Both the position numbers and the translations under genes were made by a program. 64,000 nucleotides of DNA from a virus (Duplodnaviria > Heunggongvirae > Uroviricota > Caudoviricetes): the IMG/VR virus record IMGVR_UViG_3300007351_000001, one strand, 5' to 3'. Positions within the stretch are counted from its first letter, which is position 1. Each line of letters opens with the position of its first letter. This document shows, in pieces, positions 41,882 to 50,497 of the stretch. The notes under the pieces are model-generated. The model was not told the origin of the DNA and searched no databases. It worked only from the letters and a program-made list of their open reading frames with translations.

Positions 41882-42967
41882 GTGGCAGTGAAAGCGGTCA
41901 AGAAACGAAAGGCCGGCAGCACCAAAACGGCCGACGGGTTCCAGGCGTTGCTGAAAGACCTGCGCGAGAACATGGAGGAGGGTGCAGTGCGCCTGGCCTC
42001 TGAGGGGTTCGACTCTGACGTGAAGATGTGGATCCCGACCGGGTTCACTCAGCTCGACGTCCTGCTGAAGGGCGGGATCCCGGTTGGACGCATCGTCGAG
42101 ATCTACGGCCGGGAAGGTAGTGGGAAGACGACGCTCGCTACGCAGATCATGGCGAGCTGTCAGCGCATGGGCGGCGTGGCGATCCTCCTCGACTCGGAGT
42201 CGAAGTTCTACCCCGAGCGCGCCAAGCTCATGGGCGTCGACTTGAACCAGTTGCTCACGGTGCGCGCCAACACGGTCGAGAAGGGGTTCGCCTACATCCT
42301 GCAGATTCTGCCGAAGGCACGCGAGCACATGGCGGCTGACTTGCCGGTGGTGGTGGTGTGGGACACGATCGCCTCTGCGCCGACAGAAGCGGAGTTCGAC
42401 GCGCAGACTGAAGGCGACGACCCGTTCAAGCGCGGCATGATGGAGAAGCCGCGCATCATCAAGCAGGCGATGCGGGTCGGCGCGACACTGCTCAGCCAAA
42501 CCCAAGTCTCGCTGGTGCTGATCAACCAGATCATGGAGACGCAGCACGGGGACCGGCCACCGGGCGGCACTGGTATCCGGCACCAGACGTCAGCGCGCAT
42601 TCAGATGTACCGCACCGGCGAGGAGGGGGCTGAGGTCTCGTTGCAGGCACGCATCCGCAAGCTGCAGCTCGACGGGCCGCAGTCCGGCACCGACCGCGTC
42701 GACCTCGTCATCCGCCCACACGGCGGCGCCGACCACGTCTCGATGTTGGAGTACCTCGCGACGCAGAAGGCGTGCGCCGAGATCACCAAGAGCGGCGGTT
42801 GGTACACGATCGGGTTCAACGGCACCGACCACAAGGCACAGCGCTCGACCATCGAGCAGAAGGTCATGGAAGTCGACGGCTTGTCTGACTTCTTGAAGGA
42901 CCGGACAACCTTCTACATGCTCGGGATGGCTGGGTACGAGCAGTGGAAGCAGATGCATTCGCGGTGA
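41882..42967 (+). CDS. RecA/UvsX-like recombinase (361 aa)
   Basis: GFTQLDVLLKGGIPVGRIVEIYGREGSGKTTLA (Walker A in RecA context), Walker B VVVVWDTIAS; GGGAGGAG RBS. Confidence 0.8.
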   Translation: MAVKAVKKRKAGSTKTADGFQALLKDLRENMEEGAVRLASEGFDSDVKMWIPTGFTQLDVLLKGGIPVGRIVEIYGREGSGKTTLATQIMASCQRMGGVAILLDSESKFYPERAKLMGVDLNQLLTVRANTVEKGFAYILQILPKAREHMAADLPVVVVWDTIASAPTEAEFDAQTEGDDPFKRGMMEKPRIIKQAMRVGATLLSQTQVSLVLINQIMETQHGDRPPGGTGIRHQTSARIQMYRTGEEGAEVSLQARIRKLQLDGPQSGTDRVDLVIRPHGGADHVSMLEYLATQKACAEITKSGGWYTIGFNGTDHKAQRSTIEQKVMEVDGLSDFLKDRTTFYMLGMAGYEQWKQMHSR

Positions 42968-42971
42968 CGGT

Positions 42972-43505
42972 ATGCGATACGGAGGATTGCGGTTGCTGGT
43001 GCCGCCGCCTACTGACGAAGTGCGCCGAGGGGAACGGCAGTTGCTCCTGGCAATGATGGACGACGCGCAAACGTGTCTGCGTACGGCGATGACGAACTCC
43101 CGCACGTTCTGGGACACCTACGTGTGGATGTACGACCGCAGGTGCTCGGCGCCGTTCTCCTTCGAGGATACCTGCATCTATCTCCGGCTCGATCCGGAAG
43201 CAGTCCGCGATTGCCTGCGCCGCGACTTGCAGCGGCGGTTCCCGAACGGCATCCCACCGCTCTACGACGAGGACCCGCATGAACAACGTGCCCGAGCCGC
43301 TCGCGCCGGGGGTGATGCTCAAGCTCTTTCGTCCCCCAAACCCCAAAACCCAGCAGATGGGGTTCGAGATCATCGTGTCCGATCAGAACGACAACGAAGC
43401 CGTGCAGCGGCTGAAGCAGCTGGCCAGCGAGATCCGGGGACTCGCCGACCCAGCCTAGCTGGCACGGCTCCTGCACGTTTGTACCGGTTGGAGGTCTACC
43501 AGTGA
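42972..43505 (+). CDS. hypothetical protein (177 aa as ORF; the last ~70 codons are low-complexity and contain motif copy 6, so the true end is probably earlier)
   Basis: N-terminal 100 aa protein-like (MRYGGLRLL...PLYDEDP). Confidence 0.4.
   Translation: MRYGGLRLLVPPPTDEVRRGERQLLLAMMDDAQTCLRTAMTNSRTFWDTYVWMYDRRCSAPFSFEDTCIYLRLDPEAVRDCLRRDLQRRFPNGIPPLYDEDPHEQRARAARAGGDAQALSSPKPQNPADGVRDHRVRSERQRSRAAAEAAGQRDPGTRRPSLAGTAPARLYRLEVYQ
43279..43458 (+). CDS. small protein (59 aa, MNNVPEPLAPGVMLKLFRPPNPKTQQMGFEIIVSDQNDNEAVQRLKQLASEIRGLADPA) in an alternative frame
   Basis: Clean ATG-to-TAG ORF ending one nt before motif copy 6; not in ORF track (<60 aa). Confidence 0.45.
   Translation: MNNVPEPLAPGVMLKLFRPPNPKTQQMGFEIIVSDQNDNEAVQRLKQLASEIRGLADPA
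43459..43492 (+). promoter_or_regulatory. sigma54-like conserved promoter motif, copy 6 (CTGGCAC-ggctc-CTGCAC-GTTTGTACCGGTTGGAGG)
   Basis: TGGCAC 43460-43465, CTGCA 43471-43475, then TGGAGG RBS and GTG 43502. Confidence 0.55.
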
Positions 43506-44329
43506 CGATCCGAGAGACGCTTACGGAGCTGGGGGAGGACATCATTCCCCAGCTGGAGGCGGTCGCCGGCCAGCATATCGAGCCGACCTACCTGACACAG
43601 TTCATGGACACGGTGCTGGGCGTCGACGAACCGTTCAGCCCGGACTACGTCCGGGCGATCGTTCTCTTCACCATGCAGGTGCCGGGCGTGAAGCCGGCCT
43701 GCTACTACGCCGTGTCGAAGTTCTTCACCGACAACGGGTTCAAGGTGCGCATGCAGCGCACCAAGGGAAAGGGCAAGGCGAATCAGCCCGTCGAGAACAC
43801 CAAGGCGGTGATGATCACGCCCGCCGCCGCGGCCGAGGAGCAGGCGCAGCGCGACGCGGCGATCGCCCAGCTCGATCAGGCTGGCCAGGACGCTGCCGCG
43901 GCGATCGCTGCTGCAGCTGCCGCCGCGGCGTCCGGTGCCCCGGCCGATCCGAACGCGCCACCGGTGGAAGGCGTCGAGGTCGAGGACCAGACGCCGAAGA
44001 AGCCGACGCCAACGTTCTGCGTCGAGGACGTGTTCTCCTACGCTGGCAGTGTGGCCGACGAGGGCTTTCTCACGCTCGCCGAGGGCAGCAAGCAGATCAA
44101 GATCAAGCACAGCGTTACCGTGAACCCTGGACGGATCCAGCGCTTGCTGACGACGCTCGGCACGCAGGGGAAGAAAGCCGGCACGGTGGTGTACGAGACA
44201 CACGAGTTCCCGCCGGCTGTCTCAGAGAGCGCTGGCACCGGCGCGCCGTCAGGGCACCGGTTGCGCCGGCTCGTGAAGTGGTACACTGATCAGAACCTCG
44301 ACGTCCCGGATGGCGTCGCAGCAGAGTGA
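43502..44329 (+). CDS. hypothetical protein with Ala/Gln-rich linker (275 aa)
   Basis: ORF track; stop abuts tRNA-Trp. Confidence 0.7.
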   Translation: MTIRETLTELGEDIIPQLEAVAGQHIEPTYLTQFMDTVLGVDEPFSPDYVRAIVLFTMQVPGVKPACYYAVSKFFTDNGFKVRMQRTKGKGKANQPVENTKAVMITPAAAAEEQAQRDAAIAQLDQAGQDAAAAIAAAAAAAASGAPADPNAPPVEGVEVEDQTPKKPTPTFCVEDVFSYAGSVADEGFLTLAEGSKQIKIKHSVTVNPGRIQRLLTTLGTQGKKAGTVVYETHEFPPAVSESAGTGAPSGHRLRRLVKWYTDQNLDVPDGVAAE

Positions 44330-44401
44330 GCGGCGGTCGGTTAGTCGGTAAACCACGAGACTCCAAATCTCGGACCGGGGGTTCGATTCCCTCCCGCCGT
44401 G
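44330..44401 (+). tRNA. tRNA-Trp (anticodon CCA)
   Basis: Acceptor GCGGCGG/CCGCCGT (G1-U72), D-stem GGTT/AACC, anticodon stem CGAGA/TCTCG loop CTCCAAA, T-loop TTCGATT. Confidence 0.8.
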
Positions 44402-44443
44402 CTCTGAGGTCGCAGCTGATGATGTGGTGTGGTGGAGGTGTGG

Positions 44444-45022
44444 ATGCGCGTTCAGAGCGGCAAGGCCAAGGGCCGTCGTCTCCAGGCGACGGTCGCTGAG
44501 GCTCTTTCACGGACACATGGCCTGACGATCGAGGCCGTCCCGCCGACGAAGCCGGGCGCGCGTGAGCACGGCGCGACCTACGTCGGCGAGTTCAAGCAGC
44601 CTGACCTCCGCGTCAAGCGGATGGGCGAGGCGGGCGCCGACGTCGTGCTCTTGTCACAGCGCGCCGTTGACCGCGTCGCGCTGCAAGACACCAACGGCGT
44701 CTGGCACCCGGTGTGGTTCGAGTGCAAGAACCGTGAAGGGTGGCAACTCGATGCCCACTTCTGGAACGCTGGACGGCTCGCGATCCTCGATCGCGCTTTC
44801 GAGCAGACTGCGGAGCGTCCAGAGGAGTACGTGCCGATCGTTGTGCTCTCGCGCAATCGGCACCCGCCGCTTGCAGTGCTGCCGGTGGAGGTACCGTTCC
44901 GCTTGCGCCTGCCGGCAAATCTGCTAGACGGCACGCCAAGCCTTATGCTACCACTCCCGACCGTTTCTGTGGTGGTGTTGTTGGACCAGCTCGTGCCGTA
45001 CTTCGGGTACGGCCGACCCTAA
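44444..45022 (+). CDS. putative PD-(D/E)xK-fold nuclease (~192 aa)
   Basis: GADVVLLS ... VWFECKNREG gives a D...ExK arrangement. Assignment is tentative. Confidence 0.45.
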   Translation: MRVQSGKAKGRRLQATVAEALSRTHGLTIEAVPPTKPGAREHGATYVGEFKQPDLRVKRMGEAGADVVLLSQRAVDRVALQDTNGVWHPVWFECKNREGWQLDAHFWNAGRLAILDRAFEQTAERPEEYVPIVVLSRNRHPPLAVLPVEVPFRLRLPANLLDGTPSLMLPLPTVSVVVLLDQLVPYFGYGRP

Positions 45023-45039
45023 CCTGTGCGGAGGAGAAC

Positions 45040-46134
45040 ATGGCGGAAGCGGACGTCAGGGTTGGTGGTGTACGCGTCACGTTCCATCGAACGGTGCGCG
45101 TCCCGAGCAAGCGTGGCGATGGGACGCCGAATCAACTGCCGGCGAGTCTCGGGAGCTTCGGGCTCTACCCGGTGACGAGTCTCAAGCAAGCGCCGAAGCA
45201 CTGGAAGCGGGAAGGCGCCTACGTGCTGCCGATGCATGGCCATGAAGCGATGTGGCTCGGTTTCGCACCGCCGGCCAAGCCGCGCGCGATGGTGATCGGC
45301 ACCGGCATGGTGAACGCGGTCACCGGTGACACGCTCAGCAACGAGCTGTCGGGCGACAAGCAGAACTATGTCGTGGTGCCGCCGCAGCCGTGGATCGACG
45401 GCTTCAAGCTGAAGGGCAAAGAAGAAGTGCGGCAGTTCGTCGCCGCGGTGATGGGCGACGGCGAGACCGCTGAAGAGCAACTCACCGGCAAGGCCGAGTT
45501 CGGCGGCATCCAGCTCGGCGTGTTCGAGCCGAAGATCGAGCTGATCCCGGTACACATGCCAGGCGCGGTTGGCGGCGCCGGCTGGATGGCGAACGAGGCG
45601 GCGTACAAAGCGTCGTCAGGTATTCTGCGCACGTGTAGCTTCAACGCCTCGACGACGCCGACCATGTCGTCGGCGCGTGGCATGTCGTCCGGGCCACCGC
45701 GGGAAACGAAGACCTCTGGCGGTATCATCGGTGCCTCAGCGGCCGACGCGCCGATCGGCATCTACAACGTCACTGACGTCAGCGAGATGGGCCTCGGCGG
45801 TGGCGGGACCATCGCGCAGAAGATCTACGACGATCCGTACCTCGACGGGAAGACGGTCGCCGAGGTGTGGTCGGCACAGCCGACCGACAAGGCGTGGATT
45901 TACATCGTGCACGCCAAGGACTGGGAGCTGCTGACTGGCAACAAGGCGCCCGCCTCGCCGATCACGTACCAGACCTACCAGGAACACGGCTATCCGTGGT
46001 TCGGACTGGCCGACGGCACGTGGGCCGACGAGGGCGGCAGCGACGCCTTCGAGCAGATGGCGGGCGTCGGCGGCAACCCGTCGGCGGTGCACGTCGAGCC
46101 GCAGCCGAATCCAGACACGAAGGGAGTCTGGTAG
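45040..46134 (+). CDS. hypothetical protein (364 aa)
   Basis: Trimmed to ATG 45040 with GGAGGAGAAC RBS; upstream part of ORF overlaps previous gene. Confidence 0.7.
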   Translation: MAEADVRVGGVRVTFHRTVRVPSKRGDGTPNQLPASLGSFGLYPVTSLKQAPKHWKREGAYVLPMHGHEAMWLGFAPPAKPRAMVIGTGMVNAVTGDTLSNELSGDKQNYVVVPPQPWIDGFKLKGKEEVRQFVAAVMGDGETAEEQLTGKAEFGGIQLGVFEPKIELIPVHMPGAVGGAGWMANEAAYKASSGILRTCSFNASTTPTMSSARGMSSGPPRETKTSGGIIGASAADAPIGIYNVTDVSEMGLGGGGTIAQKIYDDPYLDGKTVAEVWSAQPTDKAWIYIVHAKDWELLTGNKAPASPITYQTYQEHGYPWFGLADGTWADEGGSDAFEQMAGVGGNPSAVHVEPQPNPDTKGVW

Positions 46135-46135
46135 A

Positions 46136-46215
46136 CCAGCCAGACGGAGATCCCGGTCGTGGCGGGGTTCAGACCGCTTCGGAGTCTGGCTGGGGCGCAC
46201 GCCCAGAGCGGCTCT
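46136..46215 (+). terminator. nested GC-rich hairpins after gene 45040..46134
   Basis: CCAGCCAGAC...GTCTGGCTGG (10-bp arms) enclosing CAGAC-cgcttcgga-GTCTG; no strong U-tract. Confidence 0.3.
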
Positions 46216-46325
46216 GAAGAGCCTGGTGGTTCCAGTCCAGAGGGCTGGTGAGGCCAGGCGCCAAAATACCGGTCGCGTGTGCGGCGACCGGCTAACCTGT
46301 GGACTGAGTGGGGGAGGTGCATCAA

Positions 46326-47264
46326 ATGCGTCGACTGTGGTGGGTAGTCGCATTCGCATTGGTGCTGCTGTTCGGCAGCATCGTCTTCGCCGGGCCGTCG
46401 AGCAGTCGCAGCGGTGGTGGGTTCGGCAGTTCGTCGCGTAGCGGGAGCTACAGCTCGCCCTCGCGCAGTGGGAGCGGTGGATTCGGGCGTTCGGCGCCAA
46501 AGGCAGCACCACCCGCTCGCGCGCCGTCGAGTGGTGGCTTTGGATCGTCGAAGCCAGCCGCACCGTCCGCACCAAAGGCCGCACCGCCAAGCAGTGGCGG
46601 ATTCGGCTACAGCTCGAAGCCGAAGCCAGCTGCACCGCCACCGGCCGCAAGTAACAGCGGCAGTGGTGGGAGTCGTAACAGCAGCGGGTGGTCAGGTGGA
46701 TTCGGGTCGTCAGCCAAGTCGGCAGCCGTCGGCGCCGCGGCTGGAGCTGCTGCAGCCTCCGCAGCGGGTGGGGATTCTGGGAGCACAGCGAGTGATCCTG
46801 CCACAGCACCAGCTGCGAAGCCGTACGGTGGATTCGGCGAGTCGGCGCCCAAGGCGGTCTCGGCGCAGAAGGCCACCGACCGCGCGCTGACGCAGATGGT
46901 CGGCAAATCGGGCAAGACCTACACGACCTCGCAAGAGGCTGAGGCGGATCTGCGCGCGAAACTCGCCACGGCCAAGCTGCCGACGGAGCCCGCCGATCGT
47001 CCCGACTTCGTGCCGTCGAGTTATTCGACGTCGGGACGCAACTACACGATCATCTTCCACGACGGCGGGTACGGGTACTGGCGCGACGATGGGTTCTGGA
47101 ACCCGTTGCCGGCCGAGGCGTACATCATCCGGGCGGCGCACTTAGCGGCGTACGGCTATCAGCCGTCGGTGGTGATCAGCGGCGGCTCGGTGATCATCTT
47201 GGTCGCCGTCTTTCTGGTCGTGGGAATCGTCATCGCAATCATCATCTACCGCATCGTGCAGTGA
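46326..47264 (+). CDS. Gly/Ser-rich repeat protein with N-terminal signal/TM helix and C-terminal TM anchor (312 aa)
   Basis: MRRLWWVVAFALVLLFGSIVFA signal-like; repeats SGGFGSS / GGFGRSAPKAAPP; C-terminal ILVAVFLVVGIVIAIIIY. Confidence 0.65.
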   Translation: MRRLWWVVAFALVLLFGSIVFAGPSSSRSGGGFGSSSRSGSYSSPSRSGSGGFGRSAPKAAPPARAPSSGGFGSSKPAAPSAPKAAPPSSGGFGYSSKPKPAAPPPAASNSGSGGSRNSSGWSGGFGSSAKSAAVGAAAGAAAASAAGGDSGSTASDPATAPAAKPYGGFGESAPKAVSAQKATDRALTQMVGKSGKTYTTSQEAEADLRAKLATAKLPTEPADRPDFVPSSYSTSGRNYTIIFHDGGYGYWRDDGFWNPLPAEAYIIRAAHLAAYGYQPSVVISGGSVIILVAVFLVVGIVIAIIIYRIVQ

Positions 47265-47276
47265 GAGGAGGGCAAC

Positions 47277-47858
47277 GTGGCACTACGAGCAGACCAGTTC
47301 CAACAGTTCTCAGCAGGCGATCTTCTCGTCCTGCGTGACATCCATGCCATGGAGGCGACCGGCCAGGCCGAGTGGTCGACGCCGATCAAGACCGTGCGGC
47401 GTTGGCGCTGCCAGGGCGGACAGCTTCGGTACACTCTGGCTGAGATCGCGTACGAGGACGCGCGCCTCGCGCTGATCATCAAAGAGGTTGGGGATGCCGC
47501 CGATCTCGTGGTCGGCCGCGTCTGGTCCGAGTACGTCGCGTCGACGCCGGACACAAGCGTACTGAACCTCTGGACGCCGAACGGCCGGCACATCGACTTC
47601 AGCCCAACGATGCGCGTGCAGATCGAGAACGAGGCCGTCGACTACGACCGGCTGCCCAACTTCCCATTCTGGGATGCGCAACTGGAAGGTACGACGGACG
47701 AACCGTCTGCGATCTGCGAATACCGCGCGACGAAGGCCGAGCCGAGTGCGTGGAATCGCAACGCGCTGGTAGAGTACTCGCCGCTGGGCGGGCTCACGAC
47801 GTTGTGGCTCGGCTGGGACATCAACCCGCGCGACGTCGACATGCTCGACCAGCGCTGA
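47277..47858 (+). CDS. hypothetical protein (193 aa)
   Basis: GTG start after GAGGAGGG RBS. Confidence 0.6.
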   Translation: MALRADQFQQFSAGDLLVLRDIHAMEATGQAEWSTPIKTVRRWRCQGGQLRYTLAEIAYEDARLALIIKEVGDAADLVVGRVWSEYVASTPDTSVLNLWTPNGRHIDFSPTMRVQIENEAVDYDRLPNFPFWDAQLEGTTDEPSAICEYRATKAEPSAWNRNALVEYSPLGGLTTLWLGWDINPRDVDMLDQR

Positions 47859-47885
47859 TCGCAACATCACATCAACGAGGAGGGC

Positions 47886-48596
47886 ATGGGAATGCGGCTA
47901 CTCAATCGACTCAAGGACATCGTCACCGCGGTGCTCGATCAGCGCGTGCAGGAGGCCGAGTCGCAGAACGCTGGCGCGCTCGCGCAGCAAGACATCGGCC
48001 GGCTCGAAGAAGCCCTGCGCGAGTCGTCCGGCGCTGTTGCCTCACTGGGCGCCGAAGTGCAAGCACAGGCCGACCTGGAAGCGGAACTGCGCGGGGAAGT
48101 ACAGCGCTGGCACGACGTCGCCAAGATCGAGGCCGAAGCCGGGCACGACGACACAGCGCGCCAGGCGCTGCAGCGCAAGCTCGACGCCGCGGCCGAACTC
48201 CAGGCGGTCTCGACCGGCTACGCGGCGTTGAAGGAACGCTTCGAGACGGCCAAGGGGCGCGTGCTGGAGAATGCCGAGCGTCTCCAGCAAGCGAAGTCGC
48301 GCGTCCGCACCGCCGTCGCGCGTGACCAGGCCGAGCAAGCAACCGCCGCGGCTGATCGCGCGTTCGGTGACCTCGGGGATCACGAAGACCTCTTCCAGCG
48401 CATCGACGTGATGGAGGATCACATCGAGCGTCGCGAGCGCACCAACGAAGAGGCGCGCAAGCTGGCCGATCAGATCGCCGGCAAGGATCTCCTCCGTGCG
48501 GCCGATCAGACGGCGCGCACGCGGGCGGTCGAGGACGAGCTGGCGGCGCTCAAGACCCCGCCGCCGGCCGCACCGGCGAGTTCACCGACTGCCTGA
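47886..48596 (+). CDS. PspA/IM30 (phage-shock protein A / LiaH / Vipp1) family protein, copy 1 (236 aa)
   Basis: N-terminal RLKDIVTAVLDQ amphipathic start, all-coiled-coil composition, AEAGHDDTARQALQRK (cf. KGREDLAREAL), DLFQRIDVMEDHIERRE (cf. ARFESFERRIDQMEAE); GAGGAGGG RBS. Confidence 0.75.
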   Translation: MGMRLLNRLKDIVTAVLDQRVQEAESQNAGALAQQDIGRLEEALRESSGAVASLGAEVQAQADLEAELRGEVQRWHDVAKIEAEAGHDDTARQALQRKLDAAAELQAVSTGYAALKERFETAKGRVLENAERLQQAKSRVRTAVARDQAEQATAAADRAFGDLGDHEDLFQRIDVMEDHIERRERTNEEARKLADQIAGKDLLRAADQTARTRAVEDELAALKTPPPAAPASSPTA

Positions 48597-48602
48597 GCAG
48601 CA

Positions 48603-49829
48603 ATGCTCGAAGACACTACAACCGGCGGCGCGGACCCTTCGCGCTCAGCCCTAGCTGAGTACCGTCGCCACAAGGTGACACGAGGCGATCTTCACCCGCC
48701 GCATGCGTACCAGCCGGTTGTAGAGGGGGAGGGTGGCGCATCCACCCTCCCCCGTCCTTCGGAAGGGAGTGAAACAGGACCAGCTCTTGGCCAAGTCAAT
48801 CGCACCCAAGCCGTGCCGCTCGTGTACGTCACTGGGGAGGAGCGCAGGCAGCTGCTGCGCTACGCGTATATCGCTGCGCGGTTCGGCAACCAGCTCCTCA
48901 CGTCCCAGTACGCGCAGTTCACCGCCCGACAGCAGATCGCGGCGCTCGCCGAGCAACACCAGGTGCCTGAGAAAGAGCTGCTGAAGGCGTGGACGGTCTA
49001 TCGGGACTTCGCCGACGAGCTGTCAGGCTACGTCCGCGATGCCGTGCAGCGGGAAGTGCAAGGGATCTGGAAGCGCCTTTTCAAAGACATCATGGCTGGC
49101 CGGCAGACGCTGGCCTGTTTCAGGATGCACCGGGCGCTCTCGATCCGCGGGCGCGGTGTCACGCTGTTCAAGGACCAGGACAGTGCGTACCACTTCACGT
49201 TCCGCTTCGGGCCACGGTCGGGTGCGCCGACCCAGCTCTCAGTGTACATGGACACGTTGTGCCGCAATCCGTTTCTCGAAGCGTTGCTCGACAAGCTGAT
49301 CGACGGCACCACGTACGAGATCACTCACGCGACGATTCGGATCCCACGCACCGGCAACAAGCTGAAGGTGCTGCTGGGTTACCGGAAACCGGCTGTCGCG
49401 CAGCTGGTGCATGAGACGCGAGCCTTGGTCGCGCTCGAAGCGGGCGTGCTCGTTGTGCGCTGCGGCTCGACCATGATGACGCTTGGGGACCGTGTCTACC
49501 GCCTCCGTGAGATGAAGCTCCACCTCGACGGGATCCAGCGGCGCTTGCGCGCCACGCTCAATCGTCGCAGCCGGCGTGGGGAGTATCGCCGCCAGCTCGC
49601 ACACGCGCAGAGCTTCGAGGAGTGGGCGCGGACTCCACTGCATCAGCTAAGCAGTGAGATCGTCACGTGGGCACAGCGAGCCGGGGCCGGCCAACTCGTC
49701 TATATGATGCCGAGCACGGCCGACCTGCCCTGGGCGACGCTGCATCAGCAACTGGAGTACAAGAGCGCTGAGCACGGCATGCGGTACGAACGAAGAGAGA
49801 CGAAAGTTGAAAAGTCTGACGAGCCGTAG
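48603..49829 (+). CDS. hypothetical protein (408 aa as ORF; true start probably downstream of the strong hairpin at 48729-48760)
   Basis: Protein-like from about residue 60 onward; no recognisable catalytic motifs. Confidence 0.5.
   Translation: MLEDTTTGGADPSRSALAEYRRHKVTRGDLHPPHAYQPVVEGEGGASTLPRPSEGSETGPALGQVNRTQAVPLVYVTGEERRQLLRYAYIAARFGNQLLTSQYAQFTARQQIAALAEQHQVPEKELLKAWTVYRDFADELSGYVRDAVQREVQGIWKRLFKDIMAGRQTLACFRMHRALSIRGRGVTLFKDQDSAYHFTFRFGPRSGAPTQLSVYMDTLCRNPFLEALLDKLIDGTTYEITHATIRIPRTGNKLKVLLGYRKPAVAQLVHETRALVALEAGVLVVRCGSTMMTLGDRVYRLREMKLHLDGIQRRLRATLNRRSRRGEYRRQLAHAQSFEEWARTPLHQLSSEIVTWAQRAGAGQLVYMMPSTADLPWATLHQQLEYKSAEHGMRYERRETKVEKSDEP
48729..48760 (+). other. strong stem-loop GGGGGAGGGTGG-cgcat-CCACCCTCCCCC
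   Basis: 12-bp perfect GC-rich stem ~130 nt downstream of the PspA-1 stop, inside the annotated 5' end of the next ORF. Confidence 0.45.
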
Positions 49830-49883
49830 CAACAATCGTTGAGCCGGCTCGCACGGGGCGGGCCATTGTGGAAGGAGTGAGCA

Positions 49884-50495
49884 ATGATGCGGATCAAGAT
49901 CGGTGAGGGTGACGAGGCCGACGACTACGGCGTCGGGTTCGGATACCAGGAGAAGCGGCGCGGCCGGACGCGGAAGCAGGGCGGAACCCCGCACTTGTCG
50001 GTCACAACGACGGCGATCGTCCAGCTGCCCAAGCGGTTCCAGTTTGCCGATGTGTTCGGCGTCGGGCCGCACCAGACGGACGAGGACGGCACTCTGCGCG
50101 GGGTCGTGACGATCCACGATGACGAGGGTGACCCGACGTTGACGGCCGAGGAACGCGCCAAGCACGCGTTCGTGGTCGAAGTCGTGCAACCGAAGGGCAA
50201 GGACGAGGCGCTCGATCGCGTCATGCTGATCGCCAGAACACGGTGCCACTCAGTGGCGGACGTCTACGATCGCGGCCGTGGCCGGCGCGGGGCGTTGCGC
50301 CGAGTGCTGACCGGGTTCAAGCAACTGCTTCCTGACGTCTATCTCGCCAAGGGCGATCGCCGCAGCGTACTCGCCAAGCAGATCTGGGCGATGTACTTCG
50401 ACCGCACGCGGGACGGCGTCGAGTTTGGCATGCGCGGCCCGTTTCTGAAGACGGACAAGAAAGAGGCTGTGCTGGATCCCGCTCCTTTGGAGTGA
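49884..50495 (+). CDS. hypothetical protein (203 aa)
   Basis: GGAAGGAG RBS; protein-like. Confidence 0.65.
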   Translation: MMRIKIGEGDEADDYGVGFGYQEKRRGRTRKQGGTPHLSVTTTAIVQLPKRFQFADVFGVGPHQTDEDGTLRGVVTIHDDEGDPTLTAEERAKHAFVVEVVQPKGKDEALDRVMLIARTRCHSVADVYDRGRGRRGALRRVLTGFKQLLPDVYLAKGDRRSVLAKQIWAMYFDRTRDGVEFGMRGPFLKTDKKEAVLDPAPLE

Positions 50496-50497
50496 CC

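Noticed and set aside
48603-49829. Possible IS605 TnpB-like or Cas12-like nuclease (motif LVYMMPSTADLPWATLHQQLEYKSAEHG loosely resembling the RuvC-II / F..L.YKA region)
   Set aside because: The catalytic Glu of RuvC-II and the C-terminal zinc finger are absent, and the protein ends before where RuvC-III would be. The similarity is too weak to call.
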